From: Camelus dromedarius
Taxonomy: Eukaryota
Assembly (NCBI RefSeq): GCF_036321535.1
Contig: NC_087437.1
Location: 90,770,001 to 90,834,000, forward strand
Length of the DNA stretch: 64,000 nucleotides
Direction of reading: 5' to 3'
Shown here piece after piece: positions 51,781 to 64,000 of this stretch; within the stretch, counting starts at the first letter, position 1, and every line of letters starts with the position of its first letter. The notes under the pieces were generated by a model, which made no database searches, was not told the origin of the DNA, and was given only the letters and a program-made list of their open reading frames with translations. The translations under genes and the position numbers were made by a program.

Positions 51781-54614
51781 AGGAATGTCTCTTGTTTCAC
51801 TTGAAAATAAAGTAATTTTTGAAACTTATTTTTATACTGGACCGCTGACTTGTAGAAGTAAATGTTTTATTAGTCTTGATTGAGATATAGACCATCTCCC
51901 TTACTTTATTTTCCTCCTCTTACACCCACATCATCTATTGAAGTCCAGGTTGGTTATATGTTCATTATGTTTGTGTTCATTGATTTACTCTTCTTATCTT
52001 CCATGGAAGTTAATTTTGTGATTCTGTAAGAAAAATTCCATTCAATGACTATGTTCTTAGTAAACGTCGCCCTGTACTCAGAATATAGGCCTGTATTAAA
52101 AACCCTTTTATTTTTCTTTCCCTTTTTTTGTGTTTCTATAACGACAGAGTGTTATTCTGAATATCTTTGGTAACAGTGCCCTAAAACACAGGAATTTTCT
52201 ACAATAGCAGAGCCTGGAAAGGATCTATAGCTATAATTTATCAATAAGACAGACACTGGCAAAGAACCATTCAGAGTTTTTATGGAGGACTCTGTATATA
52301 AAAATTTGGTTGGAAAATAATTGAAAGAAATGCTAGAACACCAAAAATTCATGTACATAAAGTTCAAATCTACATGCTATAGTTGAAATTTTTAAAAATT
52401 TGACAGACAAATATATTATTTTTCTGAATACAGATTTTAAAAGGTATGAAGGCATAAGTGACCTTTTTAAAGCAATTTGTAAAATTAACCGTAGCTCTTC
52501 TGTTTTATGCCTCGAGAAAGCTCCCTTGCCACACACAAAATTGCAGTGGCTAAAAAGGTTAAGTAAAATTAGTAAAATGCTTTAGTTTAAATTTTTAATG
52601 ATACTGTATTCAAAAGCATGAACTTGACTCATGCTCTATTCTCTTACTACCCTTTCTTGTAAACTCACATTCACTTTCCATTATAACTGAACTCCATTGC
52701 TTGAAATAGTCTGAATTTTCAGCTAAACTGTGTAAGCAGATTCCACTTTACCCAAAGGAAATCTTGCAAAACACTAATTATTTGGAAATCTCTGCTCATA
52801 GAAAACAAAGATAAATCTCTCATTGGGCTATATATTTTTCTCATCCTAGGAAAAAAACACAATTTAAAAAAATTGTGTTGCTTAGTTTAATTGGAAAAAT
52901 CAAACTTAAATAACATTAAAGGTTTGTATAAACTACAATAATGTGCTTAGTAGGGTATTCTTCCTGTTTCACATATACAGGATTTTCTCTTATTTCTTAG
53001 TTGAGTTAATATTTTTAAAACATTTAGAACAGTGCCTGCCACAGATTAAGCAACATAAAGTATCAGTCGATCCATAAATAATCAAATAAATAAATACAAT
53101 TTGAAAGTATATTGACAGGATTTTAAAAAATATTCTTCTTTATGTTTTCTCTTAGTTTCTTCGTAGTTCGTTTTGTTAATTTTCTTTTTTCTTTCTTTCT
53201 CCCACCATCCCTCCCTGTCCTCTTCTTTCCTCCTTCTTCCCTCTATCTCACTTTCTCTCTCTCTCTACCCTTTCAAAAGACATCCTAAAACACTGGCAAA
53301 CATTTAACATGTTATGTAAGAAAGCATACCATCAATTTGTGTTCAGTTTGTTAAAATTTTAGATAAATATCACCGAACCAATGAAAGTAGTTCTTGTACA
53401 GGGTTAAAAATAGCTCACAAGGGACCTGGTGGATATGAACCTGTGGAATTGTAAATGAAGCATTTTTTTTTCCTGCATAGCTAAGGCTTTTTGATCTAAT
53501 GTTTCTGAAACTTGGGACCTGGGCAATCTTTAGAAGTTAATTTACAAGTCCATGTATAGTTAGCTAATGAAAAAACTTAAGAGACCTTCGCCAAACTCCA
53601 GAGGTATGTGTTTACACTGGTGGGGAGAAGGGAGTGTGATAGTGAAGACATACTTCCTGCATTGTAAAACAAGACAGCAGTCTAATCTGTCCCCTAGAGT
53701 TTATTTATAGTCCCACTGGTTAGAGGAAGAGCCTAGGATCCCATCCCTAAGGCAAATGTTATTCTATCATCTTTTTGAGAAGTGAAGAGAACAATATGTA
53801 TTTTGATTTCCAGATTCAGATTCAGTTTTTTTCTGTATTTCTTGCCTATAGAGTCCATGTGTCATCTGTATGTATATTATGACATCTGACTCACTATAGC
53901 ACACCTGGGGTAAGAAATTGAGACACCACACAGTTGATAATTGCTTTAAAATAAATAATAATCAACTCTGCCCTGAACCTCATATGGACATTCAGAATAG
54001 TAATGGTAAAAGCAGATATGAAGAACTTAAATATACTTAAAGATTGTCAATAAATAAAAGATATGTTATTTAGTGTTCATTTTGTATACTATGTAATTAC
54101 ATGCTGTACCTCTAAAGAGCTTAAAAAAAGATGAAATGTAGCTAGGATCTCCTTTTAAATTTTTCCCATATGATATTATCCAATAGGTAATAGAGTGGCC
54201 TCTGTATCTTGAAAGTTGAGTAACCTGTATTTTTGTGTTATTAGCTTAGGGAGCAACCGAAAGATTTTTTCCCAGACTTACTGTTATCCAAACTTAATAG
54301 AGCAGCCCTTCTTTTGTTCTTTGCAGAAATGTTTCAACACAGATGTTTTCTATAGGGAACAATAATTCACAAGGGACAAAACAACTGATCATAATATAGC
54401 AGTATGTTTTTACTACTTTTATAACATTTTCTTTATAATCTCTCCTAATGGGAGTTTTTTTTTTTTTTAAGGAAAGGGTTCAAGATTATTCCTCTTTATA
54501 CCTATCCCCTAGAGTGCACATATAATATGTTGCATAAATGTGTACTGAATGAAATGACTTTAAAGTGTTATCAAAGTCTCCCTTTGTTTCCTTTTCTCTG
54601 TCTCTCTCATATGA

Positions 54615-54652
54615 GTGTATATATATATATATATATATACACATACACACAC
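54615..54652. repeat. (TA)n(CA)n microsatellite
   Basis: Directly visible. Confidence 0.9.
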
Positions 54653-54742
54653 ATGTATACATATCTATGCCTTACATATAACAGAAACACACACATGTGG
54701 AGAGAGAAAGAGAGAAAGATACAAATCGCTAAACTTTTATAA

Positions 54743-55213
54743 TGTGAAAATTAATAAAGCTAAACCTCATTTAAAACAGAGTTGGGAATCCCTGAAGGGG
54801 CAGCTTTGACACAGTACCATTTGTTGCCATCTGCAAACCCAAAACAGGAAGTGACATACCTTGCATCATCTCTAACGGGAAGAAGATTTCTAATTTAATA
54901 ACCCAGTAGGAAGAAGGAAGATTTTCTCTTTTCCCAGCAACAGACCCAGACAATGAGAAACTACCACTACTCAGCCAATGAGAAATGTCACCAATCTGAA
55001 CTCTCATTTTTCTCCAGTGGGCTTTCTTTCAAAGCAGAGTCTCCCAGCTTCCTCTTTTTTTTTTGTTCCCTATAAACTAACATTTTTCTCCTTTGTTTTC
55101 TGAACTTTCCTGTGGTTGCTATAGTTTGCATGTCCCAAATTACAATTCCTCTGCTATTCCCAAATAAAACCATCTTGCTTGTGAAATAACTTGTTTAACT
55201 TGTAAGGTTGACA
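54743..55213 (+). mobile_element. ERV1-class solo LTR, full length
   Basis: TG...CA termini, CCAAT, 'cctataaa' TATA-like box, 'aataaa' signal, imperfect TSD ataa/atat; same family as 22784-23695. Confidence 0.82.
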
Positions 55214-55423
55214 ATATTCTATTCGAGATTTATTATCTGTGAAAATAATTTTTTTCATCAGAGTTAAAAATGGCCTACATAGGCATAGGATGTCACTTTG
55301 GGATTTAACTAGGAATTATGGAGGAGGAAGGGAGAGAGATAAATTAGGGAGTTTGTGGATTTCAAACATAATTAACATTACTAAGTATACTTCTGTTATC
55401 TTCAGTGAAATTTTGCTCTTCAG

Positions 55424-55693
55424 TGAACTTTGAAAACCATGTTTACTTTTATCTCTGGAGTGGCCAACAAATTTAACCTTTACCCTAAACCCATTGGAAT
55501 TATTTTGTTGTTCCTCATGGTATTTTGTAGTTCCCACTCAGAGGCAGCTTTCATATGGCACTAGGGACTACAAAACAGCATTATTTTTTCTGTGCTTGGA
55601 AAGAAGAACATGTGTTTTACTTTCAATGGACTTGAAACAGTGGTCCATAGCATAAGATATGGCATTAGAATCTTTATTCACACCTTATGAAAG
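55424..55693 (+). other. Candidate non-coding exon
   Basis: Strong donor 'AAG|gtaagc' at 55693; acceptors 'ttttgctcttcag|' (55424) or 'tattttgtag|' (55531); no long ORF. Confidence 0.3.
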
Positions 55694-58144
55694 GTAAGCA
55701 TTTATTCTAAGTCTCCCTGTATATTTGTGGTTCTCTGTTTGTGTATGGGTTTATTCTTCCCAGAAGGTAAAAACATGTCTTGTGTAAATTGGTTTCTTGT
55801 CAGTTTTCAGGGATATCTTACAACTAACTCAACTTTCAGTGTGATTCTCACACATCCTTTAGGACTACTGAAAAATCCAGTCTTGGCATTATTAAGTCTT
55901 CCTTCCTCCAGAGTCATTTGAAAGTCTCACACAGTCAAAGCCCTGATTGGCTACCCCAGCTAACCTGAGAATGCCTAATTTTCTGGCCTTGAGATCCAGT
56001 GGTTCCTAGTCTCTCATATCAAACTTGGAGCCAGGGAACATTGACAGTATCAGACACTTTAATGCCTAGGGCCCATGTTTCCTGGAGAGCCACTTGCAAA
56101 GCTGCTTTGAGGTCTTTACAATTCTCCAAAGAGCCAACACTGAATGCTTAGCAGGACCCCACTCTCAAAGGATCTCTTCCAAGTTTGGGAGAATCTTTCT
56201 TTCTCCATTCCTCCCCCTCTAAAAAGCACTCCTTGTCTTGCTTTTAGTCATTGAAGTTCCTAGCATGTTTTGTTTAGTTTAGTCAATTTGGATTTTTTTT
56301 TTTAAATTACATGGAGAATCATTAACTTGAACAAACTTCTGATATTAGGACAGCAAAGTTCCCTCTGACAATTAAATGCAATGTTATGGCTGACTTATTG
56401 AAAGAGAGACTCATTAAATGCAGAATAACATCTGAATATATTATCTTTCTTCATTTATATTACTCAAATGATTCCTTATTTTGTAGTGTATACATTATTT
56501 ATTTATTTTACAGATCTCTCATGGAACAAAGTCATGAGTTCTCTAAAATAGAAGCATGAGCCTTTAATGCTTTCAGACAGAAAAAGAGTTTCTTTTGTTT
56601 TTAATGTTAAAGTTTTTTTTTTTTTTATGTTTAGGACATAAAAGGGATGATATTTCATGCCCAGAAGGATTGTATATTTTGGGCAAATACCTTGTGCATT
56701 TATCATGCTGCTTCCAGGAACATTGAGGGAATGGAGAAAACTTCTCTGTTCATCTCTAATCTAATTCTCTTTCATTGCTTCCTGTACTTTAACTTCATGA
56801 ACCATACTTCTCAGATAAATGCTATCTGTTACTATAAAAGAAGGCTCCTTTAATTCCATTTAAAAACTAGAACACAAATATTCTTTCTTTTCACAACTTA
56901 CATGATTTGAAAAAAAGTAACAACTAAATAAAGTAAGGAACCTCTTTAGAGCTTTACTAAAAGTACACCATTAGGGTCTGCATTTAAAACACTGAAAAAT
57001 CGGTCATGATAAAATTATGTATTGGCCATGACCATAAAATATAATAATAAAATAGTCTCAGATCATGATTTGTTCCATAATGTATATTGTTTGTCATTTA
57101 ATTTGATCTTGGTTTCTATTGCTTTTCATAATGAAAGCATACATATTTAAATAATAACTCATTGAAAATATGTTTCCTGACATATTTAGATATGTAACTA
57201 CAAATGGCCAAAATCTATTTGGATTGGAATTATGTTTCAGATTTATTTCTATTGCTTATCAAAATAAAGGCATGAATTTGATTATATTACCCATCTATTA
57301 GGTACTAGTATTTGTCTCCCTCACAGGGAAGTAAGAAGATGAGGGTTAAGAGGAAGATATGAGAAATGAAATAGAAACGAAAATTTTGAAAGCAATTGTA
57401 CTGTAACTCACAAAACAGATAAACAACAAACAATGAGCTCAAGTTCATTTTTTTAAAAACATCAGATTAAGGCCATATTTTCCAGGGTAAGAGCATAGAT
57501 TTCTTTAATTCTAACATAACAGACTCATGTTCCAAGAATGAATTCACCATTTTTTCTAGCAAATTGTCCATTTTACCAAATAGAAGTGACAAAAACACTT
57601 AGAGAGGATGGGTTCTATACAAGTCAAGGAGTATATATTACGGGAGAAAGAACATTGTTTTTAAGAAAAATGGCAAGAGAAACAGAGCTAAAGGAATTTG
57701 TGTAAACTATGGTCATTTTTGTCCAAATATTAACTATAAGAATGACCTCTTAAAGAATGAAAAAATATTTTTAAGTAGCCAAATGGGAGAGAGTGTGAAA
57801 AACTGAAGAAGGAGGGAGAAAAACCAAATGTGGAAAACATTTATAGAAATGAAGAGAAAACAAGTTACATTTTAAAGTAGTTTTGACTAGTTTATCATTT
57901 TTATCATTGTCTTCACATTTACATCAAAGATAAACATAAAGATTATAGACGGTAAAAGACAAAATGTTTATATGGTTTCTTTGCAGAAGCAAGAAAAACA
58001 AAATCATGAAGCTAATTGGCCAGCAAAAAGATTGTTTACTAATTGAGATAAAACTCAGTGCTCATAGATGAAATTAAGCTAATCATAAATTGCTGTTTGC
58101 TTTATGTACACTGTCACATTATACTTTTTAATAACTAAAAAAAT

Positions 58145-58290
58145 AATTATTACTACCATTCTGTAGGTAAAAACTCTGAAAATTCAGAATGTATTAAATT
58201 CCTCAAAATACACAGGAGGTAAGAGGCAATCCTGAGGTCAGGAGTCAGTTTAGTCTTTCCATAAATTTCATGCTATTCAGCAGTGCTGTA
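58145..58290 (-). mobile_element. MIR fragment
   Basis: 'tattactaccattctgtaggtaaaaactctga...cacaggaggtaagaggcaa'. Confidence 0.5.
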
Positions 58291-58759
58291 TGCCTGTTTA
58301 TGTCACTTCACATGTGGAATTACATTTTTATATACAATTTTAAATACATCTTATGTAAAGTTTTTCTGTATTTTTTTTTTTTTTTTACTGTAAGACAATG
58401 AAATGGTCAAGTCAGATGTTAATCTTGTCTTTTTTAAAGATAAGAAACGCTGAAGTTTTATTTTCAATGCAGGCAGTACAGCAGGAGACATATTCTAACA
58501 AAGATGGAGACAGAAATAAAACTTCAAGAAGTTTTCTTGGACCACTGAAACTGCCTTTGCATTTTCCATTCCTTTTCACTCAGTGCCTCCAAACTCAATA
58601 GTTTACACTATTAAAATGTCTACTGTACTGTTGTTTCTTTTTCTCTTCTTTTCTCTTTGTCTTCTTTTGGCTTGTCTTGCCCTGTTCTCTCCTGTCTAGT
58701 CCTGTCCTGCCTTATTTTGTTTTGTTATATCATTATTTCACAATTTCTATGTTGTTAAG

Positions 58760-59010
58760 GAAAAGCATCCAGATTTGTAATTTTGATTGACAAAGGTCTA
58801 CTCAAGCTGGTCCCTGTCTAGCACTCATTCTTTGTCCTGCAAAACTCTTTTACGCATTTATTGTACTCCAGCCATGTCTGTCTTTTTATTGTTCCTGCAA
58901 CATGCTGAATTCATTTCCAACTTGTGCTCTTTATGTTTGCTTTTACTTTTCTGCCTGAAATGTCGCCTCCACCAATTTTGCTATTGCTAGCAATTATTTT
59001 ATTATTCAAG
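58760..59010 (+). mobile_element. L2 fragment
   Basis: 'tactccagccatgtctg...tgttcctgcaacatgc...tctgcctgaaatg'. Confidence 0.65.
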
Positions 59011-59014
59011 TGAC

Positions 59015-59396
59015 AAGAAGTTCAAAATGAGTCTTTCATGAATAAAATCAAAGTGAGAAAGGGGCTGGTTCACTCCTGGGGGTCCAGGGGAGAATTTATT
59101 CTTTCCTCTTTCAGCTTCTGGTAGATTCTGGCATTCCTTGGTTTGTGTCTGCATCACTTCAATCTCTGCTTCTGTTTCCACATTGCCTTATCTTCTGTTG
59201 TTTAGCCTTCCTCTCCATCCCTCTTACCGAGCCTTGTGATTACATTTATGGCCCACCCAGATAAACCAGGATGATCTCTCCATTTCAAGATACTTGATCA
59301 CACCTGCAAGATCCATTTTTGCCATTTAAAATATTTCCTGGGGTCCAGGGATTAGGGTGTGGATATTTGATGGGGGCTATTATTCAGACTACAACA
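59015..59396 (-). mobile_element. MLT1D-like MaLR LTR
   Basis: 'agaagttcaaaatgagtct...ggcattccttgg...cttgtgattacatt...gcccacccagata...gggggctattattcagactacaaca'. Confidence 0.85.
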
Positions 59397-59999
59397 AGAT
59401 AACATAAACAATTCTGAGATATTTACATTGAAACTGAATGAACAAGAAATAATTCTTAGAATTTTTCAAACTGTCCTAGCCAGTGTATGACTGCCCAACA
59501 TAGATATTCTCTAGTTTTTCTTGATGCAGACCTTAAAGCTGAACTCACTACTTATCACATACATAAAGAACTAATTAACTCTACAGAATATCAGTGATGA
59601 ATATATTTTGAAAATTTTTCATAGATACATGAGAATGTGTTAATGATATATAACAATTTATTTAAATTCTATTTATATTTTTATATTTCTCCATGAGTTA
59701 CTTACTCTTTCTGCCATCCCTCACCAGGCCTCATTTTTATCCTTGCAGTTTTCTCAAATCAGTCTTTAATACCTCATTAATATCTTTTCTATTTTTCAAA
59801 ACATATTATATATATATTCAAGTTCTCTGAATCATAACAAGTAGATCCAAAGCCCTGTTGTTCTAGTTTCAAAGTGAGCTCATTAATTAAAGTATTAATT
59901 GACCTTCAATTCTTCTCTCCATAGATGATGATGATAAAGGTGGGCTAATCCTTTTGCTATGAAAATTTGTCCTTTTTTAATATCATTAAACAAGGATTT

Positions 60000-61735
60000 A
60001 AAAAGTCTTCAAGAATTCATAACACCTTTTTTACCTCTATAGGATAAAGTAAATTAGATTGGAATCAGACCCGTCTAGATTACTATATCACAGAAGTAAA
60101 TTGAGACAAATTTTTATAGTTTTAAGGAAAAATGATGACAGTTAATTCTGTTTTTCAAGATTCTCTAGGAAAACAGAAACATTTATATGTATATTATATA
60201 TGCTATATAAATATATTGTGATAGTATATTATAATAATAATGTTATGTTATATATAACATGTATAATATTTACTGTATTTGCATATATACATACATATGA
60301 TATATACATATTTTAGATTTATATATAAAGAGATTTATTATAAGGAACCAACTCATATGATTGTGGAGGCTGAGAAATCTGAAGATCTGCACACCCAGGA
60401 GAGCTTACGTATACTTTCATACCGAGTCCAAAGGCCTGAGAGCCAGAAGAGATAGTGTTGGTTCCAGTGCCAATGAAAACCTTCAGGCTCAAGACTCAAG
60501 AAGAAATGAGATTTCAGTTTGGGTCCAAAGGCCAAAGAAGACCAACATCCTAGCTAAGAGCAGTTAGGCAGGAGGAATTCTGTCTTAGTTATGGGAAGAG
60601 GGTCAGCCTTTTTGTTCTATTTAGGCCTTCAACAGAATGACTGAGGCTTACCCACGTTAGGGAAGGCAATCTTCTTTACAGCAGTCTACCAAGTCAAATG
60701 TTAATCTTATCCACATATTTTCTCACAGACTCACCCAGAATAATATTTGACCAACTATCTGGACATAGCATGATCCAGTCAAATTGACACATAAATCAAA
60801 CCTCACAGTTGACTATATGCTTAGCCAGTTTATCGCACGTATGTGATGGCAAAATAAGAGCAATCTTAGGAATGCGAGGACACGAAATACTTTACTATAT
60901 GCCTTCCTGAGATATTTATTTAGAGAATTACTTTAGTAAAGTGAGAAATAAATAGAAAAATTTAAAACTACTTTTTAATGGCTTGAGGAAGATATTTTAT
61001 GGCAAAAATAACAGTCACCAGTGAAATCAGTAAAGCTGATGAATAGCAGAATAATAGAAATTAATTCAAGCCCTCGAAATTTGTAAAAGACGACATGAAA
61101 CAAGAAAAACATCAAAAAGTTTGCATCTACAATTCAAAATTATTAAAATAGACAAAAACAAAAGCACAAATAAATAAAACTACTAGTTAAAGGAGAATGA
61201 AAGAATATTATATTTCTTCTGTAAACTGCCTGGGTTGTGAGGCAGAACAAATGTTCAATAAATAATAAATAACATTATATTATCTAAAAGGATGTGTTGA
61301 ATCATTTTTAAACTTACAAATAGTAATAGTGATATTGAGATAACTAATGATGGAAAAATTGTTGTACAATTTACAATGAACAAAAGGAAAATAAACAGAA
61401 GGAAAAAACCTGATCAAAACAAAAATGAATAAAGAAAAATGGTAACAATAAGAAGAGATAAAATGAGAAGTAAAAAATATGTTATCAGAAATAAGGCTAA
61501 ATCTAGTATCAGTAAGAGTTAAGAATAGAGTGGATAAAAGATAAATATGGTTTAAAATCAATGAAAGAAAATATTGGAATTAAGGAAAAAATTGACTACT
61601 TTGTTCCGAAAGGCTGTATCCTTAAACCCCTTAAGACTACAGGGGCTGCTAAAAATAAGAAAATATAAATAGAAGCAGATTAACTATTTTAACATGAGAT
61701 AAATAGAACATTGGAGATAAAGCATTAAAAGGGAG
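60000..61735 (+). mobile_element. Very old L1 (L1ME/HAL1-like) ORF1-end and inter-ORF remnant, split by MLT2
   Basis: A-rich; 'aattagattggaatcagac...cagaagtaaattgag...ttttaaggaaaaa' resembles the ORF1 C-terminus; highly decayed. Confidence 0.4.
60150..60807 (-). mobile_element. MLT2B-like ERVL LTR with internal TA-rich expansion
   Basis: 'ttctctaggaaaacagaa-(TA rich)-gagatttattataaggaa...gattgtggaggctgagaa...ccagtcaaattgacacataaa...caca'. Confidence 0.85.
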
Positions 61736-62618
61736 AAAGTAAATTGAAAATCTTCTGGAAAGAAGTCATCATTCTAGATGCCATTAAGGATATTTGCCAT
61801 TCATGGGAAGAGGTCAACATATCAATACAGCAAGAGTTTGGAAGAAGTTGAATCTAACTTTTATGGATGACTTTGAGGTTCAAGACTTCAGTGAAAGTAG
61901 TAACTGCAGATGTAGTAGAAATGGCAAGAAAACTAGAATTAGAAATGAATCCTGAAGTTGTGCCTGAATCTGCAATCTTATGATAAAATTTGAACAGATG
62001 AGGGCTTGCTTCTCATGGATGAACAGAGAAAATGGTTTCTTGAGATGTTATATACTCCTGGTGAAGATGCTATGAAGATTGTTAAAATTACAACAAAGAA
62101 TTCAGGCTATAACATACACTTAGTTGACAAAGCAGCAAGATTTGAGAGGATTGACTCCAATTTTGAAAGAAGTTCCACTGTGGATAAAATGCTGTCAAAC
62201 AGTGTGCATGCTACAGAGAAATCATTCATGAAAGGAAGAGTCAATCAATGGGGCAAACTTAATTTTGTTGTTTTATTTTAAGAAATTGCCACAGCCACCC
62301 CAACCTTCAGGAAGCTCCACCCTGATCAGTGAGCAGCCCCCAGTTATTGAGGCTCAGCCCTCCACCAGCAAAGAGATTACGACTCGCTGAAGGCTCAGAT
62401 AATGGTTAGCAGTTTTTAACAATAAAGCATTTTTAAATTAAGGTATATACATCTTTTTCAGACATAATGCTATTTCAAACAATGTGCCACAGTATAGTGT
62501 AAATATGACTTTTTTATGCACAGAGAAACTGAAAGATTTGTGTGACTTGCTTTTTTGTGATACTCACAGAATCATAGTGGTCTGGAACCAAACCCACAAT
62601 ATCTCCAAGGTATGCCTA
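61736..62618 (+). mobile_element. Tigger1 DNA transposon 3' part (transposase C-terminus remnant plus TIR)
   Basis: ORF 62006-62281 'LLMDEQRKWFLEM...PGEDAMKIV...FERIDSNFERSSTVDKMLSNS' is Tigger1 transposase; terminal 'atatctccaaggtatgcct' followed by TA. Confidence 0.93.
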
Positions 62619-63521
62619 TATATTAACTGGTTTAATTTTAAATAATGTGTTTAGAGAAAATAGGTTATATAAAAGCACCTCATTTATTGTGTGTGCATGG
62701 AGTGTGTGTGTACTTATATATGTATATATAGAAAACATCTACATCAATTTTATCTATTTCTATAAATGGTAACTGTACCACAGTATTAATAGCAGTTATC
62801 TTTGAAAAATGAGATACTAGATCTTTTTGTTTTAATTAACTTAATTTTCTGCTGTTTCTACAGTTAGGTACTATGTAGTGAATGGAATGAAACAAAAGAT
62901 AAAAGAAAAATTTAACCTGATTCTCTAAAAGGAATATAAATAGTGTATACAATTCTTGGACAGAAGAATCATTTGTTACAGGATTTAATATATGAATACA
63001 TCTGTATTAAAATTATTAATAACATTTTCTAGCATAATTTTGGAATAATTAATATATTTATGCTAAAAATACTATACATTAGCAGAATATATCCAAAAAT
63101 TTTTTCAACCTTTTTTTCTATTTTTTATCAGATGATATTTATCATTTATGTATGTCTCATTAATTTATTGTTAAGTCACTTCCTGTTTTACTGATATTGT
63201 GGATATTTTATTTTGTAGTTACTGTGCATTGTAATTTTGCTAAACATTCCTTTCAGGCTAATATTTTATTCATAGTTTTGTTGTTCTTTATAAGCTTATA
63301 TATTTTTCAAATAATGTAATATTTATTATTTCTATTCTGTTCTTAAACCTATTTCTTTTTCTTTTCTCTAAGTATTGATTAAGACCTCTGGAAATATATT
63401 AAGCAGTATGGTGTTAAATTAAATAAGCATAATATTTATAAGTTTTTGTCTATAGATTTAAAGGTTTTATGAAAATACCTTTTATTTCATTTTAAAATCT
63501 CAGATAGTTGTTAAATGATAT

Positions 63522-63968
63522 TGTGTTTATTTTCTACATCTGCCATAAAATAGTACCACAAACTGAGTGACCTGAAACAACAAAACATTATTCTCTCTAG
63601 TTTTGGAGGCTAGAAGCCTGAAATCAAGATATTGGCAGGGCCATACTCCCTCTGAAAACTATTGGGAAGGATCTTTCTTTGCCTCTTCCTAGCTTTTAGC
63701 AGTGGTGATTCTTGGTTGATCGCTGCATCACTCTTCGGCATCATCATCTTTACTTCATTTATCACATGGTATTCTCCCTGTGTCTCTGTCTTCTCTTCTT
63801 ATAAGGACACCAGTCATCCTGGAGTAGGGCCCAACCTACTCCAGTATTACCTTGTCTTAATGTGATCACATCCACAAAGATGCTATTTCTACATAAGTTT
63901 ACATTCACATGTTCTGGAGATTAGGATTTCAACATTTCATTTGCAGGGGTACAATTCAATTCATAACA
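63522..63968 (-). mobile_element. MLT1B/C-like MaLR LTR
   Basis: 'taccacaaactgagtg...aaacaaca...ggaggctagaagcctgaaatcaag...tcttcttataaggacaccagtcat...acaattcaattcataaca'. Confidence 0.88.
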
Positions 63969-64000
63969 GTTATTAACTTTTTTTTTGTATCTGTGAGATA

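Noticed and set aside
59924..59938. DDDDK-encoding sequence (FLAG or enterokinase-like)
   Set aside because: A (GAT)4 triplet run in native context with no vector or tag flanks
62006..62281. ORF resembling TIGD1 or a transposase
   Set aside because: Decayed Tigger1 copy with frameshifts and a missing 5' portion; not a domesticated gene
1..64000. Prokaryote-type systems (CRISPR, operons), tRNA/rRNA/snRNA genes, CpG-island promoter
   Set aside because: No regularly spaced repeat-spacer array, no long ORFs, no RNA-gene motifs recognised, and CpG is depleted throughout

Overview
AT-rich, CpG-depleted placental-mammal genomic DNA, intronic or intergenic. The L1 3' UTR types and the absence of Alu, B1/B2, Bov-tA, PRE and Can-SINEs suggest a cetartiodactyl, probably a camelid (inference). 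No intact protein-coding gene, RNA gene, CpG island or CRISPR array is visible. The ORF track is explained by chance, low complexity or transposon remnants. Much of the window is decayed interspersed repeat: L1, L2, L3/CR1, MIR, MLT1/MLT2, LTR16/LTR33/MER74-like and ERV1 solo LTRs, Tigger1/2 and a Zaphod-like hAT, with several nested insertions. Family names come from remembered consensus motifs and boundaries are approximate. Signals worth follow-up: (i) a fossil hAT transposase dimerisation domain on the minus strand at about 8.3-8.7 kb in an otherwise repeat-poor block; (ii) a fossil RTE-clade LINE endonuclease at about 27.4-27.85 kb; (iii) three plus-strand candidate exons that could be 5' UTR or lncRNA exons of a large gene; (iv) an old local duplication about 2.2 kb apart; (v) a near-consensus CTCF site; (vi) a nested LTR cluster with tandem GAS-like motifs. 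I do not find convincing evidence of a new biological system.
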